The notes beneath the pieces were generated by a model. It saw only the letters and a program-made list of their open reading frames with translations. It had not been told where the DNA came from and did not search any database. From Nitrospirota bacterium (GTDB lineage: Bacteria; Nitrospirota; Nitrospiria; Nitrospirales; Nitrospiraceae), in assembly GCA_963703955.1 (NCBI GenBank), contig CAVPGK010000018.1, positions 32,001 to 96,000 on the forward strand: 64,000 nucleotides of DNA, in the 5' to 3' direction. Of the stretch, positions 18,177 to 28,953 are shown piece by piece. Position 1 is the first letter of the stretch; each line of letters starts with the position of its first letter. Both the position numbers and the translations under genes were made by a program.

Positions 18177-19673
18177 ATGGCGGCACGGACGTTGATGATC
18201 CAGGGGACCGCGTCGCACGTGGGGAAGTCTGTCCTCACCGCTGCGGTCTGCCGAATCTTCGTGCGACGCGGGCTCCGGGTCGCCCCGTTCAAGGCTCAGA
18301 ACATGTCCAATAATTCGTTCGTCACGCCGGAGGATAAGGAAATCGGGCGCGCCCAAGCGATGCAAGCGGCAGCCTGCCGGCTGGCTCCCCGCGCGGACTT
18401 CAATCCGGTGCTGATCAAGCCGTCCGGCGAGCACAGCGCGCAACTCGTCGTCGGCGGTCGCGTCGCCGGAGTGTTGTCGGCGCGGGATTTCGGCCGCGTA
18501 CGGCGGGAACACTTTCACACGGTGTGCGAGGCGTTTGGTCGATTGCGCTCGGAATTTGATCTGGTGATCCTTGAAGGCGCAGGCAGCCCGGCCGAGATCA
18601 ATCTACGGGAGCAGGACATCGTCAATATGCGCATGGCGCAGGAAGCAGAGGCGCCGGTGCTGTTGGTTGGAGATATCGATCGGGGCGGGGTGTTTGCGGC
18701 CCTGTTCGGCACCATGAGCTTGCTTCAACCCGATGAGCAGCGCCACGTGAAGGGCCTGCTCATCAACAAATTCCGCGGTGACCGAGACCTGTTGACCACA
18801 GGAATAACAATGCTGGAAGGACGGACGTCAGTTCCCTGCCTTGGCGTGATCCCGCACTGGGGACACCTTCGCGTGCCCCAAGAAGACTCGTTGGGATGGG
18901 AGACCTGGACGGGTGTACGATCTCAGGAGGTTGATGCCCTGGCCATCGGCATCGCGGATGTCCCGGCAATTTCAAACTTTACTGATTTTGAGGCGCTGCG
19001 TCATGAGGCCGATGTTCGCCTGATCAAGATCAGCGAGGCGGCGCCTACGCGACTCGATGCGCTGATCTTTCCGGGCACGAAGAACACGGCCGAGGCGTTG
19101 CGATTCGTCCGGGACCGAGGGATAGATCGGGTGGCGCGGTGCGTTGCGGCTGAGGGTGGGACGGTCATCGGACTCTGCGGCGGTTACCAGATTTTGGGAC
19201 GATCGATTCGTGATCCTCACGGCGTGGAATTGGATGTGCCGGAACTTGATGGGCTCGGTCTGCTCGACGTGGTGACGAGCTTTGCACGAAACAAGGTGAC
19301 GGTCCGGGTGGTTGGGACCCATCGGGAGACTGGCTGCCCCGTGGAGGGCTACGAAGTGCACATGGGCCGTACGAGAGCGGGCGCCGGCGTGGCTCCTCTG
19401 CTGGACCTTGAAAAGCCCGGTCAGTCGGTGCGATGGAGCGAAGGGGCGGTCTCGCCGGATGGTCGCGTCTTCGGCACATACGTCCATGGTCTCTTTGATG
19501 CGCCGCGCTTCCGACGCACATTTCTCAATCGACTGCGAACGGCCAGAGGATGGGCTCCGCTATATCCGCAAACCGGCGCCTCGCTGGATCGGGAACTGGG
19601 TGAGCTGGCTGATTTCGTTGAGCAGCACGTTGATATGGAGGCGATCGAGGGGATCGTCGAGCGTGGAGTATGA
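18177..19673 (+). CDS. cobQ: cobyric acid synthase
   Basis: QGTASHVGKS, PFKAQNMSNN, EGAGSPAEINL, ISNFTDF, GLCGGYQ, GTYVHG. Confidence 0.95.
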   Translation: MAARTLMIQGTASHVGKSVLTAAVCRIFVRRGLRVAPFKAQNMSNNSFVTPEDKEIGRAQAMQAAACRLAPRADFNPVLIKPSGEHSAQLVVGGRVAGVLSARDFGRVRREHFHTVCEAFGRLRSEFDLVILEGAGSPAEINLREQDIVNMRMAQEAEAPVLLVGDIDRGGVFAALFGTMSLLQPDEQRHVKGLLINKFRGDRDLLTTGITMLEGRTSVPCLGVIPHWGHLRVPQEDSLGWETWTGVRSQEVDALAIGIADVPAISNFTDFEALRHEADVRLIKISEAAPTRLDALIFPGTKNTAEALRFVRDRGIDRVARCVAAEGGTVIGLCGGYQILGRSIRDPHGVELDVPELDGLGLLDVVTSFARNKVTVRVVGTHRETGCPVEGYEVHMGRTRAGAGVAPLLDLEKPGQSVRWSEGAVSPDGRVFGTYVHGLFDAPRFRRTFLNRLRTARGWAPLYPQTGASLDRELGELADFVEQHVDMEAIEGIVERGV

Positions 19674-19677
19674 ACCA

Positions 19678-20250
19678 GTGCGTCGGGTGAGATCGAGCGA
19701 TAGGAGGTCTAAGCGAGGAAGATTGATTCTCGTGATCGGTGGGGCTTCATCGGGAAAAAGCGACCTGGCATTGGACCTTGCCGGGACATCCGGTAAGCGA
19801 GCCTTTCTGGCGACCGGCCAAGCCCTGGACCAGGAAATGGCCGAGCGGATCCGGCGTCACAAAGCGTCACGGGGTGTGGGTTGGAAAACAGCGGAAGTGC
19901 CGGTGGAATTGGCCGAATGGTTTCAGACCGAAGGCTGGGCGTTCCGCGCGGTCGTAGTGGATTGTCTTACGCTTTGGTTGACGAATCTTCGGGGGCGCGG
20001 TGTACCGGAGTCTGAGATATCGAAGCTCGTCTCGACCTTGCTCAAGGTGATCAGAGCAACCATGGCCCGCGTGGTGATGGTCACGAACGAACTCGGACTT
20101 GGATTAGTACCGGAAGATGCCGCCTCTCGTCGCTTTCGAGACTTGGCCGGGCAGGTGAACCAGCAGATGGCCAGAGAGGCCGATGAAGTCTACCTGGCAC
20201 TGAGCGGGCTGCCGGTTCGGATCAAGCCGGCGGCAAGGATTCGTTCTTAG
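19678..20250 (+). CDS. cobU: adenosylcobinamide kinase / cobinamide-phosphate guanylyltransferase (start approximate)
   Basis: GGASSGKS, EMAERIRRH, VDCLTLW, TNELGLG, FRDLAG. Confidence 0.92.
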   Translation: MRRVRSSDRRSKRGRLILVIGGASSGKSDLALDLAGTSGKRAFLATGQALDQEMAERIRRHKASRGVGWKTAEVPVELAEWFQTEGWAFRAVVVDCLTLWLTNLRGRGVPESEISKLVSTLLKVIRATMARVVMVTNELGLGLVPEDAASRRFRDLAGQVNQQMAREADEVYLALSGLPVRIKPAARIRS

Positions 20251-20261
20251 TGGGGAGCCCG

Positions 20262-21356
20262 ATGACCCTTCATGAAACAATCGAGCAGATTCGACCGGTG
20301 GACCGGGAAATAATGAAGCGAGCCCAAGCCCGCCTCGACCGGCTCACCAAGCCAATGGGAAGTTTGGGGCGGCTCGAGGAATTGGCGGTCCGCTATGTGG
20401 GGATGACCCGGGAGGAGCATCCAAAGCCGCCGCGAACGCTCATCTTCACGTTCGCGGCCGATCATGGGGTGACGGCAGAAGGGGTCAGCGCCTATCCCAG
20501 TGAGGTGACCGCGCAGATGGTCCTGAACTTTCTTCGAGGAAGCGCAGCGGTCAATGTGCTGGCCCGCCATGTCGGGGCCGAAGTTCGGGTCGTGGATATC
20601 GGTGTGGCTCATGCGTTTGGTTCCTTGCCTGGGTTGATCGGTCGAAAAGTCAGCGCCGGCACGAATAATTTTGCATTGGAGCCAGCCATGAGTCGCGAGC
20701 AAGCTGAACAGGGGTTACTCGTAGGCGTGGACCTTGCCGTTCAATCCGCCCGCGAAGGGGTCGGCCTGATTGGCACAGGGGACATGGGCATCGGCAATAC
20801 CACCCCGAGCGCGGCGATCACCGCGGTGATGACTGGTCTCGCTACAGAACAGGTGACAGGTAGCGGAACCGGCATCGACGATGCGGGCTATCGACGGAAA
20901 GTCTCGGTGATCAAGCGCGCCCTCGCCTTGCATGATCCAAACCCGGAAGACCCGCTGGACGTGCTGAGCAAGGTGGGAGGCTATGAAATTGCCGGGGTTG
21001 CGGGACTGATACTCGGAGCCGCAGCGTGCGGGATTCCGATCGTGCTGGATGGATTCATTGCAGGAGCAGCCGCGCTACTTGCGACGGGGCTTGAGCCACG
21101 GTGTGGTGAGTACCTCATTGCCTCGCACCTTTCGGTTGAGCGCGGGCATCGAGCGGTCTTGCATCGCCTTAGCCTCGCACCGCTCCTGGATCTGGATCTT
21201 CGGCTTGGAGAAGGCACGGGAGCTTGCCTCGGGATCGGGCTGGTCCATGCCGCGATCAAAGTCCTGACGCAGATGGCGACCTTCGATGAAGCCGGCGTGT
21301 CCGAACGGTCGGCCCGGGAAAGGCCGCGTCTCGGCGCGCCCGGGGCGGGCGGGTGA
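20262..21356 (+). CDS. cobT: nicotinate-nucleotide:dimethylbenzimidazole phosphoribosyltransferase
   Basis: LTKPMGSLGRLE, FAADHGV, GDMGIGNTT, LRLGEGTGA. Confidence 0.95.
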   Translation: MTLHETIEQIRPVDREIMKRAQARLDRLTKPMGSLGRLEELAVRYVGMTREEHPKPPRTLIFTFAADHGVTAEGVSAYPSEVTAQMVLNFLRGSAAVNVLARHVGAEVRVVDIGVAHAFGSLPGLIGRKVSAGTNNFALEPAMSREQAEQGLLVGVDLAVQSAREGVGLIGTGDMGIGNTTPSAAITAVMTGLATEQVTGSGTGIDDAGYRRKVSVIKRALALHDPNPEDPLDVLSKVGGYEIAGVAGLILGAAACGIPIVLDGFIAGAAALLATGLEPRCGEYLIASHLSVERGHRAVLHRLSLAPLLDLDLRLGEGTGACLGIGLVHAAIKVLTQMATFDEAGVSERSARERPRLGAPGAGG

Positions 21357-21368
21357 AAAAGGATCCTG

Positions 21369-22145
21369 GTGATTCGTTCATTTGTCATTGCCTGGCACTT
21401 CCTGACGGCGATTCCGCTGACGGCGGTTCATCACGATCCCACCTCCCACGAACTCGCTCAGTCAATGGCCTGGTTTCCTCTGGTCGGCCTCATCCTGGGC
21501 GGGCTTCTTGCTGGGAGCGCGCTCGTCTTCTCAACAATGTTCACCGACGGCGTTGTGAACGTGCTCCTCATCGTGGTCTTGGCGATTGCGACGCGCGGCC
21601 TACACCTCGATGGCCTGGCTGATTCCTTGGATGGTCTTGCCGGCGGACGAACACCGACCGAGCGGCTGGCGATCATGCGTGATGCGCGCATCGGTGCCAT
21701 AGGCGCCGCAGGCCTGATACTGGCCCTGGGCCTCCGCTATGCTGGGCTGGCGGCATTACCGCTTGCGGATCGGCTCTCCTGGTTGATCTCTATGCCGGCG
21801 ATCGGCCGTTGGGCGATGGTGGTTGGCGCTATGTCGGCCCCCAATGCCCGCGCCGATGGCGGGCTCGCTCAACCGTTTCTTCAACAGCTCTCGCTACGCG
21901 AACTAATCAGCGCGACGGTCTTGCTATCCGGCATTGTGATCTTGGCCCTCGGTCCTCTGAGTGCGCTTGTTGCGTGTGGACTTGTCGCGCTCGTCGCTCG
22001 AGCGGTCACCGCGCTGGCGTGTCGGCTCCTAGGCGGTATTACGGGCGATGTGCTTGGCGCTACGAATGAAATCGCTGAAATCGTCTTTCTAATCCTCGCA
22101 CCGACTGTAGCGAACCTGGGACTGCCGTTTCACCTATTGCGATGA
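21369..22145 (+). CDS. cobS: cobalamin-5'-phosphate synthase
   Basis: GLHLDGLADSLDG, IMRDARIGA, GGITGDVLGA. Confidence 0.93.
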   Translation: MIRSFVIAWHFLTAIPLTAVHHDPTSHELAQSMAWFPLVGLILGGLLAGSALVFSTMFTDGVVNVLLIVVLAIATRGLHLDGLADSLDGLAGGRTPTERLAIMRDARIGAIGAAGLILALGLRYAGLAALPLADRLSWLISMPAIGRWAMVVGAMSAPNARADGGLAQPFLQQLSLRELISATVLLSGIVILALGPLSALVACGLVALVARAVTALACRLLGGITGDVLGATNEIAEIVFLILAPTVANLGLPFHLLR

Positions 22146-23086
22146 CGGTCCAAGAGCTGGTTCTGGCTTGCGTGCTCGATGTTATCGTCGGCGATCCGCG
22201 CTGGCTCCCTCATCCGGTTCGACTGATGGGTCTGGCAGTCACATGGTATGAGAAAAGAATCAAAGGTGGTATTCGTCGCCCTGAAGCCTTGAGAATAATT
22301 GGCGTTGCGCTGGCGCTCGGCTTGCCGGCGATTTCCTATGCAGCCGCGTGGCTGGTCATTGAACGGGCCGAGACGCTGCACGCGGCACTAGGAAAGACGC
22401 TGGTTGTCTTTCTTGCGTTCACCACTCTGGCGGCGCGAGATCTCGTTGACCATTCCCTCGCGGTCTGGCGCGCGCTCGAAGGCGACTCGCTCGTTGAGGC
22501 ACGTGCGGCCGTGTCCAGGATTGTTGGGCGTGATACCGACCGTCTCTCCGAACCGGAGGTCGTGCGAGCCACCGTGGAGACGATTGCGGAGAGCACGTCC
22601 GATGGGGTCATTGCCCCTCTGTTGTATCTAACATTGGGAGGACCTCCCTTGGCGTTGGCGTATAAGGCGATCAACACGCTGGACTCGATGGTGGGCTATC
22701 GCAATGCCGCATATCGAGACTTTGGGTGGGCCTCAGCCCGGCTTGATGATGCGGCGAATTGGGTGCCGGCGCGGATCACGGGAGTGCTTCTAGTTCTTGC
22801 GGCGGGAATCCGAACCCATACGATGGGACAGGCGTGGCGTATCTTCCGGCGTGACGGGGAAAAGCACCCCAGTCCAAACAGTGGTCGGCCCGAAGCCGCT
22901 ATGGCCGGAGCGTTGGGAGTGCAGCTTGGAGGAACGAACTTCTATGGCGGCCAACCGTCTGAGCGGCCACGGCTAGGTGATGGCTTGGTGTCGCTGAGAC
23001 CGGCCCAGATCCCGATCGCGCTTCACCTCATGGCTGTTGCATCGCTGATGGCCGTGATGTTGGCGGCGCTGGGCCTATGCCTGTGA
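22142..23086 (+). CDS. cbiB: adenosylcobinamide-phosphate synthase
   Basis: GDPRWLPHPV, IVGRDT, SDGVIAP, NTLDSMVGY, SPNSGRPEAA. Confidence 0.93.
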   Translation: MTVQELVLACVLDVIVGDPRWLPHPVRLMGLAVTWYEKRIKGGIRRPEALRIIGVALALGLPAISYAAAWLVIERAETLHAALGKTLVVFLAFTTLAARDLVDHSLAVWRALEGDSLVEARAAVSRIVGRDTDRLSEPEVVRATVETIAESTSDGVIAPLLYLTLGGPPLALAYKAINTLDSMVGYRNAAYRDFGWASARLDDAANWVPARITGVLLVLAAGIRTHTMGQAWRIFRRDGEKHPSPNSGRPEAAMAGALGVQLGGTNFYGGQPSERPRLGDGLVSLRPAQIPIALHLMAVASLMAVMLAALGLCL

Positions 23087-24168
23087 ACATGCGGGTGGAA
23101 CATGGCGGCAATGTCTATGCGGCCGTTCGCGAGAGCGGCCGCCGCCTGAATACCCTGATCGATTTCAGCGCCAGCATCAACCCTCTTGGTCCTTCTCCGC
23201 GGGCGCTTCGCGCGATTCTTTCGTCTCTTCATCTGACGGTTTACTATCCGGATCCTGACTGTGTCGCCGTTCGGGACGGGCTCGCGAAACGGCACAATCT
23301 GATTCCCGAGCAGATAGTCATCGGGAACGGATCAATTGAGCTGATCCATTTGTTGCCGCGCGCCCTGTCGATCGGCTGCGCGTTGATTGTCGGGCCGACC
23401 TTCTCGGAGTATGCACGCGCGGTGTTGCTGGAAGGAGGACACGTCATCAGACTCGACGCGATGCGGATCGATCGGTACCGGCCGCCGGTTGAACGGGCGA
23501 TCGATTGTGTTCGGAAGAATAGCGCCAAGATCGATGCGGTGTTTCTCTGCAACCCCAACAGTCCGACGGGACAGGGGGTGAGTGTGGAGGACGTCTTCGA
23601 GTTGGTTGGCGCAGCGTCTCGTCGCAAAGTCTGGGCTGTCGTGGATGAGACGTTTGTCGAATATTGTGAGGACCGATCAGTGGTGCGAGAACTGAACCGG
23701 CTTTCGCGGTTGGTCGTGTTGCGGAGCTTCACCAAGTTTTACGCAATCCCGGGCTTGCGCATCGGCTATTTGGCCGGCGGCGAGCAAACCATCAAGCGCA
23801 TCCGGCGATTGATTCCTCCGTGGTCGGTCAACACCATGTCACAGGTCGCTGCCTTGGCGTCGATCCATGATGTCCGCCATGCCCGGAGAAGCCGCGCGTT
23901 CATGGACCACGAGCGACCGCGCCTGATCGAAAACCTGGAGTCACTTCGCGGGGTAACGGTGTATCCGTCCGAGGCGAACTTCGTCCTGGTGGAACTTCCT
24001 CATGCACACACAGCGAGACACGTTGTGGGACTGCTTCGCCGCCAAGGACTGTTGGTCCGTGACTGCTCCTCTGTCGAGGGCCTGACCGCTTGGACGATCA
24101 GGATCGCGGTGCGCACGCCCACGCAGAATGATCGTCTGATCACAATTCTTCGGAATCTCATTACCTGA
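23077..24168 (+). CDS. cobD: L-threonine-O-3-phosphate decarboxylase
   Basis: HGGN, DFSASINPLG, NPNSPTG, RSFTKFYAIPGLRIGY (PLP lysine). Confidence 0.9.
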   Translation: MPVNMRVEHGGNVYAAVRESGRRLNTLIDFSASINPLGPSPRALRAILSSLHLTVYYPDPDCVAVRDGLAKRHNLIPEQIVIGNGSIELIHLLPRALSIGCALIVGPTFSEYARAVLLEGGHVIRLDAMRIDRYRPPVERAIDCVRKNSAKIDAVFLCNPNSPTGQGVSVEDVFELVGAASRRKVWAVVDETFVEYCEDRSVVRELNRLSRLVVLRSFTKFYAIPGLRIGYLAGGEQTIKRIRRLIPPWSVNTMSQVAALASIHDVRHARRSRAFMDHERPRLIENLESLRGVTVYPSEANFVLVELPHAHTARHVVGLLRRQGLLVRDCSSVEGLTAWTIRIAVRTPTQNDRLITILRNLIT

Positions 24169-24182
24169 CGAGGAACTTTCAT

Positions 24183-24935
24183 ATGGCAAACCATAAGCGG
24201 ACTTCCGTGGTGACCAGTTTCGTTGTCAAGAGCGATACATTGCTCATTGATCTGGGCGAGCCGCGACCCATCTTGTCGTCGGCGCCACGCGGTGGAGGGC
24301 TGGGACGGGCTCGGTACATTTTGAACCACCAAGTAGCGCCCAACCCATTAGCCGATCCGGTTCCGGCTTCCCGAGTTTCCAGGGAAGACCCGGGTCGGTA
24401 TCTAGGACGCATCGCAAGCCAGCATGGAGTGGAAACACCGTCGGTTGCCCTCATGACTGCCGTGTCGCTGAAACAGCTTGTCGTTATGCGCGAAGAGTCA
24501 GCGGGTATCTGGGTAGAGGGATTTTTTACGGTGGGCGTCTCCAATGCGGTCAGAGCAGGTGAACCGATCGATCTTCACGCGGAGGACAGCAGCGTACGGT
24601 CGACTCCGGGAACGATTAATATTATTTTGGTCACCAATGGTCGTTTGACCTCATCGGCTATGGTTGGTGTTGTGCAGGTAGCGACGGAAAGTAAGACGGC
24701 CGTCCTGATTTCTCATCACATCCCAAGTCAGACGGGAGGTCCGTGGGCAACCGGAACCGGCACGGATGCGATTGTGGTCGCAAGCGGAAAAGGACGAGTC
24801 CTTCGCTATAGCGGGACGCACACCAAGTTCGGCGAGATGGTCGGACGGCTTGTTGCGCGTGGTGTTGGTGAAGGGCTCCTTCGCTCGAAGGAGTGGGCTC
24901 GCTTTCAGCATAGAGGTTCGGTCTCTCCTCGCTAA
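24183..24935 (+). CDS. cbiZ: adenosylcobinamide amidohydrolase
   Basis: LMTAV, TVGVSN, GTINI, TESK, ATGTGTD. Confidence 0.85.
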   Translation: MANHKRTSVVTSFVVKSDTLLIDLGEPRPILSSAPRGGGLGRARYILNHQVAPNPLADPVPASRVSREDPGRYLGRIASQHGVETPSVALMTAVSLKQLVVMREESAGIWVEGFFTVGVSNAVRAGEPIDLHAEDSSVRSTPGTINIILVTNGRLTSSAMVGVVQVATESKTAVLISHHIPSQTGGPWATGTGTDAIVVASGKGRVLRYSGTHTKFGEMVGRLVARGVGEGLLRSKEWARFQHRGSVSPR

Positions 24936-25226
24936 CCGGCTTTCTCCTGCTTCTCTAGCTGCGCCAGCCTTACAAAATTCGGCTCTTTGGCCGGAAATTC
25001 GTCGATTCCGAACTGTCCATCAAGCGTGTCTCAATTCGGATGCGCTCTCTAATCTGCTCGAAAACAAGTACTTATCGTTCGCTCATGACAAGACGCAAAA
25101 TTCTGTCGTTCCCAGCACCAAATTTGCATCGTGCAGAATGATCTGTAGTTACTATACTTAGAATACTGTTCCGGCGATACACTTGATCAAGGGACCGGCA
25201 TCATTTTGTCAGGAGAGGAGGCGATC

Positions 25227-25961
25227 ATGAGGGTGAGAGCCGCGGCGGTGATATTCGGCGTGAGTCTGTGGGTAGGTGTGCTCCTGTCGGCAGGGCCGGC
25301 GCGTGCTGCGAATGAGGCGGAAGTCGCCGAGCTTCTTGTAAAACTCTTGCAGGCCGGCCGGAGCGTGATTTCATCTCAGCAGGAATTGATCAATGATCCA
25401 TCGAAAGGGAACAAGGGGTTCACCCCTGACTATTTGGCTGAAAAGATGATTGAGAAGTATAAGGAAACCACCAAGCTAGACCTCAGCAGGCCGGCCAACA
25501 TTCCACAGGCCAAATTACTGCTGGCCTTGCTTGAATCCGGAAAAGAGGTGGTGGCTGAGGCGCAGCCGATCATCAATAAGCAGGGGGTCGGATTTAAGGG
25601 GCTGATTCCAGCCGTATGGGGACGGAAAACAGGGGAACGTTTCACCCAAAAGACCGGGATCAAATTGAAATTGACCGCCGTGGATTATCGGTTTCCGGGC
25701 AACAAACCGGATGAATTTGAGTCGGAGGTGCTGAGGCTCTTTTCGGATCCAAATTACCCAAAAAATAAAGAATACAGTCGCATGGTGATGGTCAACGGCC
25801 AACCGGCTTTTCGCATGATGGCGCCGGAATATGCCGGGGCGACGTGTCTGAAATGCCATGGGGATCCGAGGGGGGAACGCGATATCACAGGAAACAAGAA
25901 GGAGGGTTTGAAAGAGGGAGGGCTTGCCGGAGCCATCAGCCTGATCATCCCGGTGCATTAG
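25227..25961 (+). CDS. exported single-heme c-type protein (DUF3365 / Tll0287-like)
   Basis: Signal peptide ending ARA; NKPDEFE, FRMMAPEY..CLKCHG..EGGLAGAIS. Confidence 0.8.
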   Translation: MRVRAAAVIFGVSLWVGVLLSAGPARAANEAEVAELLVKLLQAGRSVISSQQELINDPSKGNKGFTPDYLAEKMIEKYKETTKLDLSRPANIPQAKLLLALLESGKEVVAEAQPIINKQGVGFKGLIPAVWGRKTGERFTQKTGIKLKLTAVDYRFPGNKPDEFESEVLRLFSDPNYPKNKEYSRMVMVNGQPAFRMMAPEYAGATCLKCHGDPRGERDITGNKKEGLKEGGLAGAISLIIPVH

Positions 25962-26017
25962 GGAGAGAGTCCTCGCAGAGGAACCTCAGCATTCAATCAT
26001 TCAAGGAGGCAGAATCG

Positions 26018-26380
26018 ATGAGCAAGATTGTCGTAGTCGATGATTCGTACGCAGAACTTCAACTCATTGAAGGGGTTTTAAAGGGAGCCAACCATACGGT
26101 CGTGTCCTATCCCAATACGGAGAAGTTGGAGGAAAAGCTTGCCGTAGAGCGCCCCGACTTGATCGTCATGGATGTCGTCATGCCGGGCCGCAATGGGTTT
26201 CAAGCGTGCCGAGATTTGAAAAGCGATGACCGGTTCAAGAATATCCCGGTCGTCCTGTGTACTTCGAAAGGGCAAGACAGCGACAAGTTTTGGGGGCAGC
26301 AGCAAGGCGCCAACGGATACATCACGAAGCCCTTCAAGGGCGAAGACCTGCTCGCGACCGTGAAAAAGGTCCTCGCGTAA
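26018..26380 (+). CDS. single-domain response regulator (PilH/CheY-like)
   Basis: VVDDS, DLIVMDVVMPGRNGFQACR, DKFWG..QGA, KPF; AGGAGG RBS. Confidence 0.9.
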   Translation: MSKIVVVDDSYAELQLIEGVLKGANHTVVSYPNTEKLEEKLAVERPDLIVMDVVMPGRNGFQACRDLKSDDRFKNIPVVLCTSKGQDSDKFWGQQQGANGYITKPFKGEDLLATVKKVLA

Positions 26381-26420
26381 GCGTGGGCTGGATCGAAACC
26401 AACGGAGGCCACAAAGAATC

Positions 26421-26936
26421 GTGATGGAAGGCGTCAGCGCTTCTGCGCAGCAGGTTGAACGTGCAAACCCGTTGGCGCGCACGGATACGCTGCGGCGGGT
26501 ATGTCTGATCACCTTGGGAGGTGAACTCTACGCAATCGAGCTGCGGAGCGTTCGCGAAGTCTTCGAAGTGGAGTCGGTGACACCCGTTCCCGGGATGCCG
26601 AGCGCCCTGGTGGGCGTGGCGAATCTGCGTGGCGTCGTCATTCCGCTGGTGGACCTCCGATTGATGCTGGGGCTTGTCGTGAGTGGTCCCCCGCCTCAAT
26701 TTGCGGTGGTGATCCGGCATGGCTCGCGGCAGGTGGGCGTGCTGGTCGAGCGCGTGCCGGAAATCCGAAGCCTTCAGCCAGATCAATTTCTTCCGACCGC
26801 GAACTCCGCGCGAGCGGAGTCACGTCCTTTTGTTTCAACCGTCCTTCGCATCGAAGATCGATTGGGCGGCATGCTCGAAGTGCCGATGGTATTTGAGCAC
26901 GTGGAAGGGGGAGCACCCGCCGCGAAGACGGCCTGA
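26421..26936 (+). CDS. cheW: CheW adaptor (PilI-like)
   Basis: [31 protein letters not shown]. Confidence 0.9.
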   Translation: MMEGVSASAQQVERANPLARTDTLRRVCLITLGGELYAIELRSVREVFEVESVTPVPGMPSALVGVANLRGVVIPLVDLRLMLGLVVSGPPPQFAVVIRHGSRQVGVLVERVPEIRSLQPDQFLPTANSARAESRPFVSTVLRIEDRLGGMLEVPMVFEHVEGGAPAAKTA

Positions 26937-27031
26937 TAAGTCAAATTCGTTGGTGTCCCGAAGAAAGCGTGAGACTCGGAACTGGCGGCCGAGGCCGGCC
27001 AACGGTTGCATTGGGGAAAAGGAGGAACGAC

Positions 27032-28909
27032 ATGTTCGAGTCAGGTCTTCAACAGAGGTTCACAGACCTCCATACGCAGACGAAGCTGATGATCGGATTC
27101 GGAGCGGTGAGCATTATCATTTTGGCGATGACCGCAGTCGGCGTGGTCACCCTGGGCCAGCTTCGAGAACAATTTCGGGTCATGAACGATAACTCCAACG
27201 TCACGTTGGCCGACCTCGCGGCCTTCGGAAATCGATTCGTGGATTATCACCGCCTTGTCCTTCAACTCCCCGAAGAGCTCAGGAAAAAGGAAGATCTCGA
27301 GAAAGCCTTGGGCCGTCTCTCAAAGATCAAGCAAGAGACATATGAGCCCATCACGAGATATGAATCCTCCCAGCTCCGCATATCCAAATCCGGCCGTGAC
27401 GAGGCGAAAGATCTCGCCGTTCTGAAAGGCAGCCTGCAGGCGTATTTCAAGGAGGCGGAGGGTGCGAGCAGTGCCCTCATGGACAGTTTTACCGACCCGA
27501 AATTGACAGCGGAACAGTCCCATCAAATGAGAGCGCTCGGTATCCTCTCGGTCACCAATAATCTGATTCCTCACTACGAAAAAGTCATTGACCGACATCG
27601 TGAGCAGCTTGCGACAGTTCGTGCTGTCGCCGGAGACATTAACGACGATGGCCAGGGCTTGGCTAGACGCGGAACAATGCTGCTGATTGTGGGTGGATTG
27701 GTGGCTGTGGCGATGGGCTTGGCGGTCGGTTATCTCATGGCTCGGTTCTTTTCACGAGGCATCATTCACATTGCCGACGTCGCGAGTCAGGCGGCATCGG
27801 GGCACCTGCAGGCCCGCGCGAAACTGGCGTCGCGCGACGAGTTGGGTCAGATGGCGACTGCGTTCAATACCATGCTTGACCGGATTACGGCTCTTGTTCA
27901 AACCGAAGGTGAGCGCGACATGATGCAGCGTCGTCTCATGCAATTCCTTACGCTCGTGTCGGATGTCGGTAAGGGAGACCTGACAAAACGAGGGGAAGTG
28001 ACCGCCGACATGTTCGGAAACCTGGCCGACGCGTTCAACTTGATGCTGGATCGTTTCGGAAAATTGTTACGCCAGGTGAAAGACGCAGCCGAACGAGTGA
28101 ACCAGTCGGCCGCAGCCTTGCGAGAGACGTCAGGTCAGATGGCCGGAACGGCCCGGCATCAGGCGGAAGAATCTGTGCGGACGCTCTCGTCGGTCGAAGG
28201 GTTATCGGTCTCCATGCGTCAGGTGGCTCAAACAGCCGGCGCCTCATCCGAGAGCGCCAAACAGGTGTTGACGGCAACGGAACGAGGGCGCGTGGCCGTG
28301 CAAGAGACGGTGCAGGACATGCAAAGCATTCGAAGCGCGGTGCAGCGCATGTCGAAGCAGGTCAAAGGTCTGGGCGATCGCTCCCTAGAAATTTCCCAGA
28401 TCGTGTCGACCATTCGAGATATCGCGTCGCAAACCAATCTGCTGGCTCTGAACGCGGCCATCGAGGCGGCCGGCGCCGGCGAGGCCGGAGCTCGGTTTGC
28501 GGTCGTCGCCGATCAGGTCCGGAAGCTGGCTGAAAACTCGACACAGGCCACACGCGAAATCGCAGACCTTGTGAAGATGATTCAGACTGAAACGCAGGAC
28601 GCCGTCGTTGCGATGGAGCAGGAAACTCAAGCGGTGGAAGCCGGCTCGGCTTCCGCTCTCCGGACTGGTGACGTGTTCAAAGAAATTTCTCAGATCGCCG
28701 AGCGATCGGCCGAACTTGCTCAGGTGATCGCCAACTCCGCGATCGAACAGACATCTTCGACTGAAACCGTAGGTCGATCGATTAAGGACTTTACCGGTGG
28801 GGCCGTTGCTACACAAAAGGCCACGGACTCAGCTCGGGTCACGGTCGAAGAGATGGCCAAACTTGCCGAAGGGCTGGCTGGCTCGGTCGCTCAGTTTAAG
28901 GTTGCCTAA
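27032..28909 (+). CDS. methyl-accepting chemotaxis protein (2 TM, helical periplasmic domain, two HAMP-like segments; PilJ-like)
   Basis: [38 protein letters not shown] hairpin tip. Confidence 0.93.
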   Translation: MFESGLQQRFTDLHTQTKLMIGFGAVSIIILAMTAVGVVTLGQLREQFRVMNDNSNVTLADLAAFGNRFVDYHRLVLQLPEELRKKEDLEKALGRLSKIKQETYEPITRYESSQLRISKSGRDEAKDLAVLKGSLQAYFKEAEGASSALMDSFTDPKLTAEQSHQMRALGILSVTNNLIPHYEKVIDRHREQLATVRAVAGDINDDGQGLARRGTMLLIVGGLVAVAMGLAVGYLMARFFSRGIIHIADVASQAASGHLQARAKLASRDELGQMATAFNTMLDRITALVQTEGERDMMQRRLMQFLTLVSDVGKGDLTKRGEVTADMFGNLADAFNLMLDRFGKLLRQVKDAAERVNQSAAALRETSGQMAGTARHQAEESVRTLSSVEGLSVSMRQVAQTAGASSESAKQVLTATERGRVAVQETVQDMQSIRSAVQRMSKQVKGLGDRSLEISQIVSTIRDIASQTNLLALNAAIEAAGAGEAGARFAVVADQVRKLAENSTQATREIADLVKMIQTETQDAVVAMEQETQAVEAGSASALRTGDVFKEISQIAERSAELAQVIANSAIEQTSSTETVGRSIKDFTGGAVATQKATDSARVTVEEMAKLAEGLAGSVAQFKVA

Positions 28910-28953
28910 GGTTCTTTAAGGGTTGGAACGTGCCCGGGGACTCAGAGGGCTTA

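Noticed and set aside
17436..18518. 360-aa antisense ORF (also 46297..47130, 49295..50206, 529..1314)
   Set aside because: Shadow ORFs opposite well-supported genes, with no recognisable motifs
18905..18935. GVRSQE peptide in the CobQ linker resembling a translated heptamer repeat
   Set aside because: The DNA shows no tandem heptamers and the match is too short
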